64,000 bases of DNA from a bacterium (GCA_043798995.1 JAZDOD010000008.1:25327-89326); one strand, 5' to 3'. Counted from the stretch's first letter, positions 9,575-19,914 are shown. Translations and numbers: made by a program. Notes: generated from the sequence alone by a model not told the origin.

Positions 9575-10300
9575 ATGCGCGGAATAATTTTATCAGGCGG
9601 AAGCGCTACTCGGCTTCGCCCTTGCACTAAGGTAACGAGCAAGCAACTCTTGCCAGTTTATAATCGGCCAATGATTTATTATCCTTTGAATACTTTAATT
9701 AAAGCGGGAATTAAAGAGATTTTAATCATTGTGGCGCCAGAGCGGGCAGGGGATTATCTTAATTTGCTCGGCAGCGGCAAAGAATTTGGCGTTAAATTTA
9801 CTTATGAAATTCAGGATAAACCTCGTGGCCTGGCCGAAGCGTTTATTATTGGAGAAAATTTTATTGACAAAGAAGATGTAGTGATGATTTTAGGCGATAA
9901 TATTTTTGAAGATGATATTAGCCAAGAAATTCAGAGCTTTAAAAAGGGCGCAAAGATTTTTGCCAAAAAAGTGCCTGACCCAGAAAGATTTGGTGTAGTC
10001 AAATTCAATGAGAGCCAGAGAGCTGAAAAAATAGTTGAAAAACCGAAAGAATGGCTTAGTGATTATGCCATTACCGGACTTTATATCTATGATGGTCGGG
10101 TGGTAGAAGCAGCCAAGCAGGTTAAGCCAAGCGTTAGAGGGGAGTTGGAAATTGTTGATTTACATAATTGGTATCTGGAAAAAGGTGAACTTGAGGTGGC
10201 GATGGTTAATGGTGAATGGATAGATGCTGGAACTTTTGACAGCCTGCTTCGGGCCCAAATTTTGGCTAAAGAAAAATTGCAGGGCAAATTAGTGATATAA
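9575..10300 (+). CDS. rmlA: Glucose-1-phosphate thymidylyltransferase (short form)
   Basis: GIILSGGSATRLRP, SKQLLPVY, QDKPRGLA, LGDNIF, EKP, RGELEI, WIDAGT. Confidence 0.93.
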   Translation: MRGIILSGGSATRLRPCTKVTSKQLLPVYNRPMIYYPLNTLIKAGIKEILIIVAPERAGDYLNLLGSGKEFGVKFTYEIQDKPRGLAEAFIIGENFIDKEDVVMILGDNIFEDDISQEIQSFKKGAKIFAKKVPDPERFGVVKFNESQRAEKIVEKPKEWLSDYAITGLYIYDGRVVEAAKQVKPSVRGELEIVDLHNWYLEKGELEVAMVNGEWIDAGTFDSLLRAQILAKEKLQGKLVI

Positions 10301-10316
10301 AATTGTAGTTAAAAAT

Positions 10317-10425
10317 AAAGGGTATTAAACCCTTTGATATCAGCGCCTGCCTGCGCAGGCAGGCTCGTTCGGAAATGAATCCGCCAGCTGGCGGATTCAT
10401 TTCTCTCGCTTGCTTGATAATAAAA
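10317..10425 (+). repeat. Structured dispersed repeat, family B, copy 1
   Basis: aaagggtattaaaccctttgatatcagcg-cctgcctgcgcaggcagg-ctcgttc-[hairpin containing tccgccagctggcgga]-ctcgcttg-cttgataataaaa; homologous to 17019-17130 and 46909-47042. Confidence 0.9.
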
Positions 10426-10473
10426 AACAAGTTTTAAGCTTGTTTTTTATTTTGGTTAAATATTGAATTTAAT

Positions 10474-11859
10474 TTATTGGATTTCAATTTGGTATAAATT
10501 AAAAAGCCCAGTTTCTTTTTTTAAAGTTAAATATAGTTTATCACCATTACTGTTTATAAATAAATCGTTAATTTTTCCTTTAACCGGATAATTAACAATG
10601 TTGATTTTGTCCCTAAGATCTAACTCAACAATTTTAATCTCTTCTTCGGAACTGAAAATAAGATGATTCCAATCCGGATACCAGATAATTCGACCGATGG
10701 GTTGACTGAATCTTGAAATAAGTTCTTTTTTATTTTCTTTTTGGTAATAAACAATAATTTCAAAGTCGTTATAATAGAGAAGTTTATCATTATCTTTTTC
10801 TTCTGCCCAACTGGCATCTTTGGCAGTAGCAGTTAAAATTTCCCCTAAATCATCATTGACCACTATTAATTTAGTTGCGGTTTTATCCAACAAGGTTAGT
10901 AAATTAGGCGAATCAATAAAACGATAGTTTTTGCCATCTAAGCCAAAAGAGTTGGTCAATTGCTGTTTTAATGCACTTCTATCGGCTTTGGCTAAATAAT
11001 TAGTTTCAGGAGTTGAAATTATGAGATAAAAATCATTGCCTTTGATTAAAAAATCATTGATTTTAAGATTGCTCGGTACTATTTCTAAAATACTTTTTTC
11101 GTTTCCGTTGCCCAAATCTAATTGAATAATTTTATTTTTTTGAACGTAATATAGAAAATTATTATTTTGTTTATCCAATTTGATATTTTGCCACAAAACA
11201 GCTGCCGGCAGAACAACTCTTTGCTGGCTGAAATTTTCTAAATTGTAAATGTAAAATTCTGGACTTGATCTTTTTTTGTCCAAGTGACGATCTATAGCAT
11301 AGAAGATTTTTTTATTATCAAAGGATGGGATAAAATCAACAAATTCAGCGGTAGTGGTAGCTAAAGTTGTTTCCTGAACATTTACTAAATTTAAAAGATT
11401 TAAACTGGAAAAATCATTTTCCCCCTTTACGGATAAGATTTTATCGTTATTTTTAGTCGATTTAATTAATTTTAGATTTTGAGAAAATTTTATCGGTAAA
11501 ATTTTATTTTTAAAAAGTTTTATATTCTGAGCAAAGGTGGTTAATTCAGGGTAAATGGCCAATGTTTTTTGCCAGTCAAAGTAATTGCTTTTACTAACTT
11601 TTATTTTATATTCGCCGGGCAAAAGCCGTGTTAAACGGACAAAATTATCAAAAATCGTGGTGCTTAATTTGAATTCATCGTTTAGGAAAACATTAGCTTC
11701 TTTCGGTTGATATGTTAAAATTAGAGCCCCTGTTTTTTCAAAAGTATTTTTTTTGAAATTAAATTGATAACCTTGGGTATGCAAAACAATCAAGTAGGTG
11801 AAAATAAAAAAACAAAGAACAAAAAATAAAAAAATTATTCTCCTGGTGCGAAGAGTCAT
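10474..11859 (-). CDS. PEGA-domain membrane-anchored protein with probable beta-propeller
   Basis: N-terminal TM, GYQFNF...KTGALILTYQPKEANVFLN...LLPGEYKIKVSKSNYFDWQKT (PEGA), WYPDWNHLIF. Confidence 0.75.
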   Translation of the reverse strand: MTLRTRRIIFLFFVLCFFIFTYLIVLHTQGYQFNFKKNTFEKTGALILTYQPKEANVFLNDEFKLSTTIFDNFVRLTRLLPGEYKIKVSKSNYFDWQKTLAIYPELTTFAQNIKLFKNKILPIKFSQNLKLIKSTKNNDKILSVKGENDFSSLNLLNLVNVQETTLATTTAEFVDFIPSFDNKKIFYAIDRHLDKKRSSPEFYIYNLENFSQQRVVLPAAVLWQNIKLDKQNNNFLYYVQKNKIIQLDLGNGNEKSILEIVPSNLKINDFLIKGNDFYLIISTPETNYLAKADRSALKQQLTNSFGLDGKNYRFIDSPNLLTLLDKTATKLIVVNDDLGEILTATAKDASWAEEKDNDKLLYYNDFEIIVYYQKENKKELISRFSQPIGRIIWYPDWNHLIFSSEEEIKIVELDLRDKINIVNYPVKGKINDLFINSNGDKLYLTLKKETGLFNLYQIEIQ

Positions 11860-11865
11860 AATTAT

Positions 11866-13119
11866 TTAGATGATTTTTATTTTGGCGCCGATTTGTTGAA
11901 GGCGTTCGGCAATATTTTCATAGCCTCTTTCAATTTGATAGACATTGTCAATGGTTGTCTGACCCTCGGCAATCAAGCCCGCCAGAATTAAAGTCATGCC
12001 GGCTCTCAGGTCGGGGCTGTCAACTTTTTTGCCATAAAGCTTGGTTGGGCCATTGACAATAACACGATGCGGATCGCACATAATAATATTCGCCCCCATC
12101 TGGTTAAGTTTATCAGTAAAAAAAAGGCGGCCTTCAAAAATAGGGTCATGAATTAAACTTGTACCTTGGGCTTGGGTCATAAGCAGTGTAAATGGCGCCT
12201 GAAGATCAGTGGGGAAGCCGGGGTATTCATGGGTGATGAGATCCGTGGCTTTAAATTTTTTCACCTGTTTGGTTAAAAGATAATCGTTGCCGATTTCAAA
12301 AACTCCGCCGACTTTTTTTATCATAGCTAAAAAAGTTTCTAAACGAGCTGGTTCGCAGTTATTTATCTTTAAGGAATTGCCGGTTAAAAGGCCCATAATA
12401 ACAAAAGTGCCGGTTTCAATTCGATCAGGCATAATAGTCAGATCTCGGCCATTAAGCTTTTCTACGCCCTCAATAATTATTGTCGGCGTACCAGCCCCAT
12501 TAATTTTAGCGCCGCAGTCATTGAGCCATTGGGCTAAGCTGGAAATTTCAGGCTCCATGGCGCAGTTTTTAAGAATAGTTTTGCCTGGCGTAAGAGTTGC
12601 CAACATTATTAAGGTCTCGGTGCCAGTCACGCTGACTCGAGTAAAAATAAAATTAGCGCCTCGTAATTTATTGGCTTTAATAACAAAAAAATTTTCTTCT
12701 TCAATAATTTCTGCTCCCAGGGCCTTAAAACCCGCCAAAAACATATCAATCGGTCTTTGGCCGATAGGGCAGCCGCCCGGTTTGGTAATTTTAACTTCCT
12801 TGAGACGAGCTAAAAGCGGGCCTGACAAAACTATAGAGGCTCTTAAGCTTTGAGCAAGTTTAGTGTCCAGTTGGGTTTTAGAAACTGATTTAGTGCAAAT
12901 TGAATATTTACCATCCTTTATTTTTTCAATTTTTGTCCCCGAATCTTTTAGAATTTCGATCATTCTTAAAACATCACCGATTTCCGGTACATTATCAATA
13001 GTTATTTCTTCATCTATCAAAATACAGCCGGCTAAGACCTTTAAAGCCAGGTTTTTTGCTCCTTTAACCTCAACTTCACCGCTAAGTTTATGGCCACCTT
13101 CAATCAAATATTGATTCAT
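11866..13119 (-). CDS. murA: UDP-N-acetylglucosamine 1-carboxyvinyltransferase
   Basis: GAKN, LRAS, PGGCPIGQRP (catalytic Cys present), PDRIETGT, PGFPTDLQ, DLRAG, IERGYE. Confidence 0.97.
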   Translation of the reverse strand: MNQYLIEGGHKLSGEVEVKGAKNLALKVLAGCILIDEEITIDNVPEIGDVLRMIEILKDSGTKIEKIKDGKYSICTKSVSKTQLDTKLAQSLRASIVLSGPLLARLKEVKITKPGGCPIGQRPIDMFLAGFKALGAEIIEEENFFVIKANKLRGANFIFTRVSVTGTETLIMLATLTPGKTILKNCAMEPEISSLAQWLNDCGAKINGAGTPTIIIEGVEKLNGRDLTIMPDRIETGTFVIMGLLTGNSLKINNCEPARLETFLAMIKKVGGVFEIGNDYLLTKQVKKFKATDLITHEYPGFPTDLQAPFTLLMTQAQGTSLIHDPIFEGRLFFTDKLNQMGANIIMCDPHRVIVNGPTKLYGKKVDSPDLRAGMTLILAGLIAEGQTTIDNVYQIERGYENIAERLQQIGAKIKII

Positions 13120-13248
13120 AAATTTTTAGTCTTCAAATTACTTATAGTTTAATTTATTAAACTTAAATTGTAAAGATGGCATTGTCAATTAATACTATCT
13201 GTGTTAAAATTAAAAAAATTGTGAATTTAAAATTTAATTTTTTAATTT

Positions 13249-14496
13249 ATGTTTTTATTTTTACAAAATCAAAATCAAAAACCGAAAAATAAAGGCGTTA
13301 AATTTTTAGCTTTCTTTTTGGTTATTATTTTAATTGTTAGCAGTTTTACTTTGGGAATTTTAGTTGGGCAAAGACAGATTTTTTTGGGCAGTAGTTTTAG
13401 AACAGTTAATAGCGGTCTTTTAAGCAGTAAAGCTAATGAAAAAATTGATTTTTCTCTTTTTTGGCAGGTTTGGAATTTTGTTAAAGATAATTATGTTAAC
13501 CAGCCGGTTGAGGATAAAAAATTATTTTATGGAGCGCTTTCCGGGATCGTGGCCTCGCTTGAAGATCAGCATTCAGTTTTTTTGGAACCTGAAACAGCCC
13601 AAAAATTCAGTCAGGAATTAAATAGTGATTTGGAAGGAATCGGCGCCGAAGTCGGTATTAAAAAAGACCTTTTAACAATTGTGGCACCATTGCCTGATTC
13701 GCCGGCCGAAAAAGCTGGGCTCCGGGCAGGCGACAAGATTTTAAAAATTGATGATTTGGAGACCCAAGGCCTGGATTTAGATTATGCTATTAATTTAATT
13801 AGAGGCAAAACCGGGACGCAAGTTCGTTTAACTATTGGCCGGGAGGGCTGGACCGAACCAAAAGAATTTACTATTACTAGAAAAAAAATCCATTTTAAAA
13901 CCGTTAAGTGGGAAAAGAAGGATAACAATATCATTTTATTGACCATTTCCAATTTTAATGAGGATACCGAAGCCGAGTTTAATTTAGCCGCCAAGGAAAT
14001 TTTAGCCCAATCACCGCGCGGTCTAATTTTGGATTTGCGCAACGATCCAGGCGGTTATTTGGATACGGCTGTTCATGTAGCTAGTTTTTGGGTGGAAAAA
14101 GGACAAGTAGTAGTTAAGGAAAAATTTAGCAATGGTCTTGTGACTGAGCATAAATCAAACGGTCCGGCTTATTTTAAAGATTATAAAACAATTGTTTTGG
14201 TTAATCAGGGCAGTGCTTCTGGTTCAGAAATATTAGCCGGCGCGCTTCAGGATTATGGCTTGGCGACTTTAGTTGGTAAAAAAACTTTTGGTAAGGGATC
14301 TGTTCAGACATTGGAGGAATTAAAAGATGGATCAGCCGTTAAATTAACCATTGCTAAGTGGCTTACGCCACGCGATCGTTCGATTGAAGAAGAAGGCGTT
14401 AAGCCGGATACGGAAATTGATTTAACCGAAGATGATTATAATAATGATAAGGACCCGCAATTGGACAAGGCGATTGAATTGATTAATAAAAAATAG
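13249..14496 (+). CDS. ctpA: S41 family C-terminal processing protease with PDZ domain
   Basis: GIGAE PDZ, DLRNDPGG, SASGSEI, TFGKGSVQ, GVKPD. Confidence 0.93.
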   Translation: MFLFLQNQNQKPKNKGVKFLAFFLVIILIVSSFTLGILVGQRQIFLGSSFRTVNSGLLSSKANEKIDFSLFWQVWNFVKDNYVNQPVEDKKLFYGALSGIVASLEDQHSVFLEPETAQKFSQELNSDLEGIGAEVGIKKDLLTIVAPLPDSPAEKAGLRAGDKILKIDDLETQGLDLDYAINLIRGKTGTQVRLTIGREGWTEPKEFTITRKKIHFKTVKWEKKDNNIILLTISNFNEDTEAEFNLAAKEILAQSPRGLILDLRNDPGGYLDTAVHVASFWVEKGQVVVKEKFSNGLVTEHKSNGPAYFKDYKTIVLVNQGSASGSEILAGALQDYGLATLVGKKTFGKGSVQTLEELKDGSAVKLTIAKWLTPRDRSIEEEGVKPDTEIDLTEDDYNNDKDPQLDKAIELINKK

Positions 14497-14521
14497 TTTT
14501 AGTTTGTCAATTTTAAAATTA

Positions 14522-14607
14522 GCCAAGATTAGTTAATTTTCTTCTGCGGAACTCTCCGCCAGCCGGCGGATCAAACAGTCCTCGTGCGAAAATTAGCTAA
14601 TCTTGGC
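14522..14607. repeat. Structured dispersed repeat, family A, copy 3
   Basis: Stem gccaagattagttaattttc / gaaaattagctaatcttggc; core ttctgcggaactc-[tccgccagccggcgga]-tcaaacagtcctcgtgc. Confidence 0.9.
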
Positions 14608-14634
14608 CGTGATAGTTATAAAATAAATAGTTCT

Positions 14635-14907
14635 ATGAAAACCTTGCAAATCAAAGTTTATGGCCGGGTGCAGGGAGTATTTTTTCGTTCAAGTATCAAA
14701 GAAAAAGCTGAAAATTTTGGGATTAGTGGCTGGGTGAAAAATGAGCCGGACGGAACAGTTTTAATTGTTGCTCAGGGTCCTGAAAATAGCTTGAAAGAGT
14801 TGATTAAATGGTGTTATAATGGAATCGGAGGAGCTCGGGTCACTAAAATTGAAAGTGAGCCGATTGAGCCAAGAGAAAAATTTGAAAAATTTGAGATAAA
14901 ATTATGA
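14635..14907 (+). CDS. acyP: Acylphosphatase
   Basis: [20 protein letters not shown]; true start is likely ATG 14635 (the ORF-track extension runs through repeat A). Confidence 0.93.
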   Translation: MKTLQIKVYGRVQGVFFRSSIKEKAENFGISGWVKNEPDGTVLIVAQGPENSLKELIKWCYNGIGGARVTKIESEPIEPREKFEKFEIKL

Positions 14908-15350
14908 AGGTCGTTTTACTTAAAAAAGTGCCGGGGTTAGGGGAGAAGGGCGAAATCAAGGAGGTTTCCGATGGTTACGTCCGAAATTTTTTATTACCCA
15001 AGAAATTAGCCAAAATTGCTTCCTCTGATGCTCTGGATCAGCTTCAGCAAGAAAAAGAACAGCAAGCCAAAGCCGCCGAACTTGATTTGCTTAAAACCCA
15101 AAAAACAGCCGAAAAGTTGGAAAGTTTAGAATTGGAAATAAAAGTTAAAGTCAACGAAACCGGCAAGCTTTTTGGCGCCGTCAATAAAGCTTTAATTTTG
15201 GAAAAAATAAAAGCCAAAGGAATTAAAAATTTGACCGAATCGCAAATTATTTTAACAGAACCGATCAAAGAAGTTAGTGAGCGCGAAGTATTAATTAATT
15301 TACCCCACGGCTTGGAAGCTAAGGTGATGGTGAGAGTGATTGCAGAGTAA
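14904..15350 (+). CDS. rplI: 50S ribosomal protein L9
   Basis: [32 protein letters not shown]; GKLFGAV. Confidence 0.96.
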   Translation: MKVVLLKKVPGLGEKGEIKEVSDGYVRNFLLPKKLAKIASSDALDQLQQEKEQQAKAAELDLLKTQKTAEKLESLELEIKVKVNETGKLFGAVNKALILEKIKAKGIKNLTESQIILTEPIKEVSEREVLINLPHGLEAKVMVRVIAE

Positions 15351-15409
15351 ATTAAACAAAATTTAAATATAAAAAATAAAAATGATTTTAGAATTTTAAA
15401 TTTTAATTT

Positions 15410-17020
15410 ATGTCTCGTTATATTTTTGTCATTGGGGGTGTGATGTCGGGAGTAGGCAAGGGAATTGCCACTGCTTCTATTGGCAAAATTTTACAAAGCA
15501 AGGGCTTTAAGGTTACGGCCGTTAAAATTGATCCCTATATCAACGTTGACGCCGGCACTATGAACCCGATTGAGCACGGCGAAGTTTTTGTCACCGAAGA
15601 CGGCGATGAAACTGATCAGGATATCGGCAATTATGAACGATTTTTAAATACGGACATTTACCGCGATAACTATATGACCACCGGCCGGGTTTATTTGACT
15701 GTGATCCAGCGGGAGCGCAATTTGGAATATGAAGGCAAATGCGTTGAAGTGGTGCCGCACATTCCCGAAGAGGTGATGAACCGGCTCAAAAAAGTGGCCA
15801 GAAAATCACGGGCCGACTTTGTTATCATTGAAATTGGCGGCACGGTTGGCGAATATCAGAATATGCTTTTTTTGGAAGCAGCCAGAATGATGCATCTTAA
15901 AAATCCGCGCGATATAATGTTCGTGATGGTAAGTTATTTGCCCATTCCCTCAATGATCGGTGAAATGAAAACTAAACCTACGCAATACGCGGTAAGATCG
16001 CTTAATTCCGCCGGTATCCAGCCGGATTTTATTATTGCCCGTTCGCGGTTGCCGCTTGATGAACCGCGCAAAAGAAAAATTTCCACTTTCTGCAATGTGA
16101 CTGAAAATGATGTCATCAGCGCTCCGGATATTGAATCAATTTATGAAGTGCCGCTTAATTTTGAAAAAGAAAAATTAGGCAATAAAATTCTTAAAAAATT
16201 CGGTCTTAGTCCGTGCCGCAGAGATTTAAAAGATTGGCAAAAGATGATCAAGGCGGTCAAAACCGCTAAACGTGAAATCAAAGTCGGCATTGTCGGCAAA
16301 TATTTTGATACCGGCAACTTTACTTTAGCCGATTCTTATATTTCGGTTATTGAAGCGGTTAAACACGCCTGCGCGGTTAATCATTGCAAACCAAAATTTC
16401 ACTGGTTAAGCACCAAAATTTTAGAAAAAGAAGGAACGGATTGCCTTAAAGAAGTTGACGGCGTGATTGTGCCGCAAGGGTGGGGCAGTCGCGGATCCGA
16501 AGGCAAAATCAAAGCTATTCAGTATTGCCGGGAAAATAAAGTGCCGTATTTTGGCCTTTGTTACGGCATGCAGATGGCGGTTATTGAGTTTGCCAGAAAT
16601 GTCTGCGCCATGGAAAGGGCTAATTCAATGGAAGTTGATCCCCAGACGCCAAATCCGGTTATTCATATTATGCCCGATCAGCAAAAATATCTGGAACGCC
16701 GTCAGTACGGCGGCACCATTAGATTAGGCGCCTGGCCCTGCGCTCTGAAAAAGGGAACAAAAATTTTTCAGATTTACAAAAAGAAAGAAATTTCCGAGCG
16801 CCACCGCCACCGCTATGAATTTAATAATGATTACCGCGAAACAATGGAGCAAAAAGGGCTTACCATTGGCGGCACCTCGCCCGATGATAAATTAGTGGAA
16901 GCAGTTGAAATTACAAATCATCCTTTTTTCATCGGCACTCAATTTCATCCAGAATATAAATCGCGGCCATTGGCGCCTCATCCATTATTTGTCGCTTTTA
17001 TTAAGGCCTGTTTAAAATAA
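15410..17020 (+). CDS. pyrG: CTP synthase
   Basis: GGVMSGVGKG, KIDPYINVD, EIGGTVGE, KTKPTQ, GLCYGMQ, RHRHRYE, QFHPE. Confidence 0.98.
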   Translation: MSRYIFVIGGVMSGVGKGIATASIGKILQSKGFKVTAVKIDPYINVDAGTMNPIEHGEVFVTEDGDETDQDIGNYERFLNTDIYRDNYMTTGRVYLTVIQRERNLEYEGKCVEVVPHIPEEVMNRLKKVARKSRADFVIIEIGGTVGEYQNMLFLEAARMMHLKNPRDIMFVMVSYLPIPSMIGEMKTKPTQYAVRSLNSAGIQPDFIIARSRLPLDEPRKRKISTFCNVTENDVISAPDIESIYEVPLNFEKEKLGNKILKKFGLSPCRRDLKDWQKMIKAVKTAKREIKVGIVGKYFDTGNFTLADSYISVIEAVKHACAVNHCKPKFHWLSTKILEKEGTDCLKEVDGVIVPQGWGSRGSEGKIKAIQYCRENKVPYFGLCYGMQMAVIEFARNVCAMERANSMEVDPQTPNPVIHIMPDQQKYLERRQYGGTIRLGAWPCALKKGTKIFQIYKKKEISERHRHRYEFNNDYRETMEQKGLTIGGTSPDDKLVEAVEITNHPFFIGTQFHPEYKSRPLAPHPLFVAFIKACLK

Positions 17021-17130
17021 AGGGTGTTAAACCCTTTGATATCAGCGCCTGCCTGCGCAGGCAGGCTCGCTCGCCCGCCTAAATTTTTTTCAAAAATTTT
17101 GGTGGGTCTCGCTCTCTTGATAATAAAACC
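17019..17130 (+). repeat. Structured dispersed repeat, family B, copy 2
   Basis: aagggtgttaaaccctttgatatcagcgcctgcctgcgcaggcaggctcgctcg-cccgcctaaattt...aattttggtggg-tctcgctct-cttgataataaaacc directly after the pyrG stop. Confidence 0.9.
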
Positions 17131-17131
17131 T

Positions 17132-17686
17132 ATGGACAGCGTTAAAAAAAAATCTAATTTTGCCAACAAAATTGTTTTTTTGATTTTTTTTTTGTTGATT
17201 ATCATTTTAATTGTAATTCTGATTAATAAAAATTTTGGGGAAAAGTCATTAAAACCGGAAATAACCATTTTTAAGGCCGAGCCAATTAACAAGGCCATTA
17301 AAGTCAATCTTCAGGCAACTGACAAGTTAGGGCTTAAAGAAATGGTTTTGCAGTTAAAAGAAGAAAAAATAGTGACTGATTGTAACTTGCAAAAATTATG
17401 TAGCCGCGAATTAGTAATTGACAATCCGCCACAAATGCCAAGCGATTTAATAACCTTAGTCGCCACCGTTACCAACATTCAGGGAGAAAAAGTTTCCGAG
17501 CAAAAGGTGGTGGAAATAAAGAAAAATGAGGTTAAACCTTGCGAGCAGCCAACTGACTGCGGCGAAATAAAAGACTGCGGCGAAAGCTGGCTTTGTCTTG
17601 AGGGATTTTGTGAGCCAGAATTTAAAAATTGCACCAGCACGGAAAATACAATCCCTAGTCCAACCAGTACGCCAGAGTTATATTAA
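17132..17686 (+). CDS. Membrane-anchored hypothetical protein with Cys-rich C-terminus
   Basis: ATG 17132 (MDSVKKK), TM segment, CEQPTDCGEIKDCGESWLCLEGFC. Confidence 0.65.
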   Translation: MDSVKKKSNFANKIVFLIFFLLIIILIVILINKNFGEKSLKPEITIFKAEPINKAIKVNLQATDKLGLKEMVLQLKEEKIVTDCNLQKLCSRELVIDNPPQMPSDLITLVATVTNIQGEKVSEQKVVEIKKNEVKPCEQPTDCGEIKDCGESWLCLEGFCEPEFKNCTSTENTIPSPTSTPELY

Positions 17687-17700
17687 AAATTTTCAAAATT

Positions 17701-18183
17701 ATGATTCTAAATATATTAAAATATCCCAGTAAAATTTTACTTAAGCCGAATCAAAAAGTAGAAGTAATTGATGAAAAAATTAAGAAACTTATTTCTGATA
17801 TGGCAGAGACGATGTATGCTGCCGAAGGACGTGGTTTAGCTGCGCCGCAGGTAGGGGTAAATCTGCAAATTATTGTAGTTGACTCCGGAGATAAATCACA
17901 GGCCTTTGTTAATCCAGAAATTATTAAAATTTCAAAAAAATCTGAAATAATGGAAGAGGGTTGTCTGAGCTTGCCTGGAATTGAGGTTAAAGTTAAACGC
18001 TCTTGGCAAATTGAAGTTAAAACTCTTAATATAGAAGGTAAAGAAATTAAATTCAAAGCCGAAGATCTTTTAGCGCGGATTATTCAACATGAAATTGACC
18101 ATCTCAACGGCAAATTAATTTTAGATAGAGCTAATTTTTTGATTCGCCGCAAGATAATTAAAAAGTTAACCAATAAAATATGA
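17701..18183 (+). CDS. def: Peptide deformylase
   Basis: GRGLAAPQVG, EGCLS, QHEIDHLNG. Confidence 0.97.
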   Translation: MILNILKYPSKILLKPNQKVEVIDEKIKKLISDMAETMYAAEGRGLAAPQVGVNLQIIVVDSGDKSQAFVNPEIIKISKKSEIMEEGCLSLPGIEVKVKRSWQIEVKTLNIEGKEIKFKAEDLLARIIQHEIDHLNGKLILDRANFLIRRKIIKKLTNKI

Positions 18184-18650
18184 AAGAAAAAGAATTAAAA
18201 ATTTTAATTCTTATCTTTGTTGGCATTTTAATTTTGGCCGCTATCTTTATTTTTTTTATACCCTATTTTCAGGTTAATATTAGTTTTAATCCTGAAAGAA
18301 AGCCAATACCAAAAATAGAAGCCCAGCTTGCCAGCTCCAAAAGTCTTTATCAAAATAATGAAAAAATAACATTGGCGGCCAAAATTAAATCAGATAACCC
18401 GGTTGAAAATTTAACTGTCCATATATATGGATTTAAAGATAAAAAAGATCGCTATCTTCTTGATCAAACTAGAAACGTCAATTTGCCAGCCGGTCAGGAT
18501 TATTCAATCCAATTTGTTTTTCGCCTGCCTAACTGTTTTTCTTGCGCCGGCTTAAGTTCGGGTCCTTATCAGATAAAATTAGAAGTAATAAAAAACAGTC
18601 GTGTGCTTGATGCCGCCACCGCGGAAATTAATTTAGTTTCAGTCCAATAA
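18180..18650 (+). CDS. Membrane-anchored Ig-like hypothetical protein
   Basis: N-terminal TM, beta-rich domain with CxxC (PNCFSCAGLSSGPY). Confidence 0.65.
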   Translation: MKEKELKILILIFVGILILAAIFIFFIPYFQVNISFNPERKPIPKIEAQLASSKSLYQNNEKITLAAKIKSDNPVENLTVHIYGFKDKKDRYLLDQTRNVNLPAGQDYSIQFVFRLPNCFSCAGLSSGPYQIKLEVIKNSRVLDAATAEINLVSVQ

Positions 18651-18672
18651 TTTAAATTATTAATTTAGAATT

Positions 18673-19914
18673 ATGGAAAAATTTTCCAAAGAAAAGACCG
18701 AGATAAGAAAACCGCCGACTTATCTTTATTATTTAGCGGGGGTTATTTTATTATTTTTTTTAGGTTTTGGTGTTTATTATTTTGGCTACGATAAATATTT
18801 ACAAAAACAATTTCGCCAAGAAAACCAAAACCAAAATTTAAATTTAAGTAATGTGTCAGAAAAGCTTAATCAAAATCAAGCCGCCCCAACGCAGAAAATT
18901 TATATTGACTCGCCGCAAGAAAATGAAACCGTTGGCAATCCGATAGTGGTTAAAGGAAGAGCTCTTACCTTAGGAAAAGGAGGAAGATTGAATATCAGAA
19001 TTCGCGATGCTAATGGTAAAATTTTAGGTGAAACTGCTACTTTAGTGGAAGACGAAGCCAGAAGGTCAGATCCAACTAATTACCAAACTAATCTTTCTTA
19101 CGCCACCTCCACCACCGAATTTGGTTTAATTGAGGCCTTTGACTACTCGGCCAAAGACGGCGGAGTTCAAAATTTAGTTTCTGTCAAAATCAAATTCGCT
19201 AATTATGGCCAGACTAATAATATAAATTCAGAATGTTTATTACAACCTCATGTTCAGAAATATGAAGGGTTGGGATATAATAATGAAGCAAGTGTTAAGG
19301 AATACATCGTTCCATTTTTTAAATGTAATCAATCTTTACTCTTTGTAAGAAAAGATCAGGGTGAAAAAAACAATGAATGGGATGGAACGTTTAATGTTTA
19401 TTTTCGAGAAAATGATAAAGATAAAGATACTTATTTATTTGAGCATAAAGGATTATTAATGGATATTGCTGGTGGAGGAACGTGGGATATTTCTGATTAT
19501 ACAAAAGATATAATCAAAATTTCTCTAGGGTCAAGCGATATGGGGGCAAGTGCTTATTGGGATTATTACATTTCTATAAAAAATAAAGAATTGATATTAG
19601 GATTGTCGGGAGGAAGAGGTCTTAATGTGCTTACTAAATTAAATAATTATAACTTTTTATTAAATACCGATCCTGTTTGGTGCGATAAAGAATCAAAAGA
19701 AAGAACAACGACCGCCATATTTATAAATGAAAAAAAATATAATTTAGAAAACAAAATTATTGAAGATTGCCCTAAAGATTTGACAGATAATTTTTTTCCT
19801 CCACCAAAAATTAAATTAGTGTCATTTGATCTAAATAAAAAACAAATAGTTATTAACATTCCTGAAAATGAGAATAAAATATTTAATTATGAGACAGGAA
19901 TTTTAAATGATTGA
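18673..19914 (+). CDS. Surface protein with Gmad2-like Ig domain and AT-rich unrelated C-terminal domain
   Basis: TM anchor; IYIDSPQENETVGNPIVVKGRA...GLIEAFDYSAKDG (Gmad2-like); composition shifts after ~19215. Confidence 0.7.
   Translation: MEKFSKEKTEIRKPPTYLYYLAGVILLFFLGFGVYYFGYDKYLQKQFRQENQNQNLNLSNVSEKLNQNQAAPTQKIYIDSPQENETVGNPIVVKGRALTLGKGGRLNIRIRDANGKILGETATLVEDEARRSDPTNYQTNLSYATSTTEFGLIEAFDYSAKDGGVQNLVSVKIKFANYGQTNNINSECLLQPHVQKYEGLGYNNEASVKEYIVPFFKCNQSLLFVRKDQGEKNNEWDGTFNVYFRENDKDKDTYLFEHKGLLMDIAGGGTWDISDYTKDIIKISLGSSDMGASAYWDYYISIKNKELILGLSGGRGLNVLTKLNNYNFLLNTDPVWCDKESKERTTTAIFINEKKYNLENKIIEDCPKDLTDNFFPPPKIKLVSFDLNKKQIVINIPENENKIFNYETGILND

Noticed and set aside
12287-13114. Plus-strand ORFs over murA, and similar short antisense ORFs across the window
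   Set aside because: They fully overlap well-supported genes on the opposite strand or frame and have no recognisable motifs.
14584-14634. ORF-track N-terminal extension of acylphosphatase
   Set aside because: Reads through repeat A copy 3; the family-typical start is ATG 14635.
17024-17131. ORF-track N-terminal extension MLNPLISAPACAGRLARPP, and the antisense ORF 16978-17307
   Set aside because: Both are translations of repeat B; the plausible start is ATG 17132.
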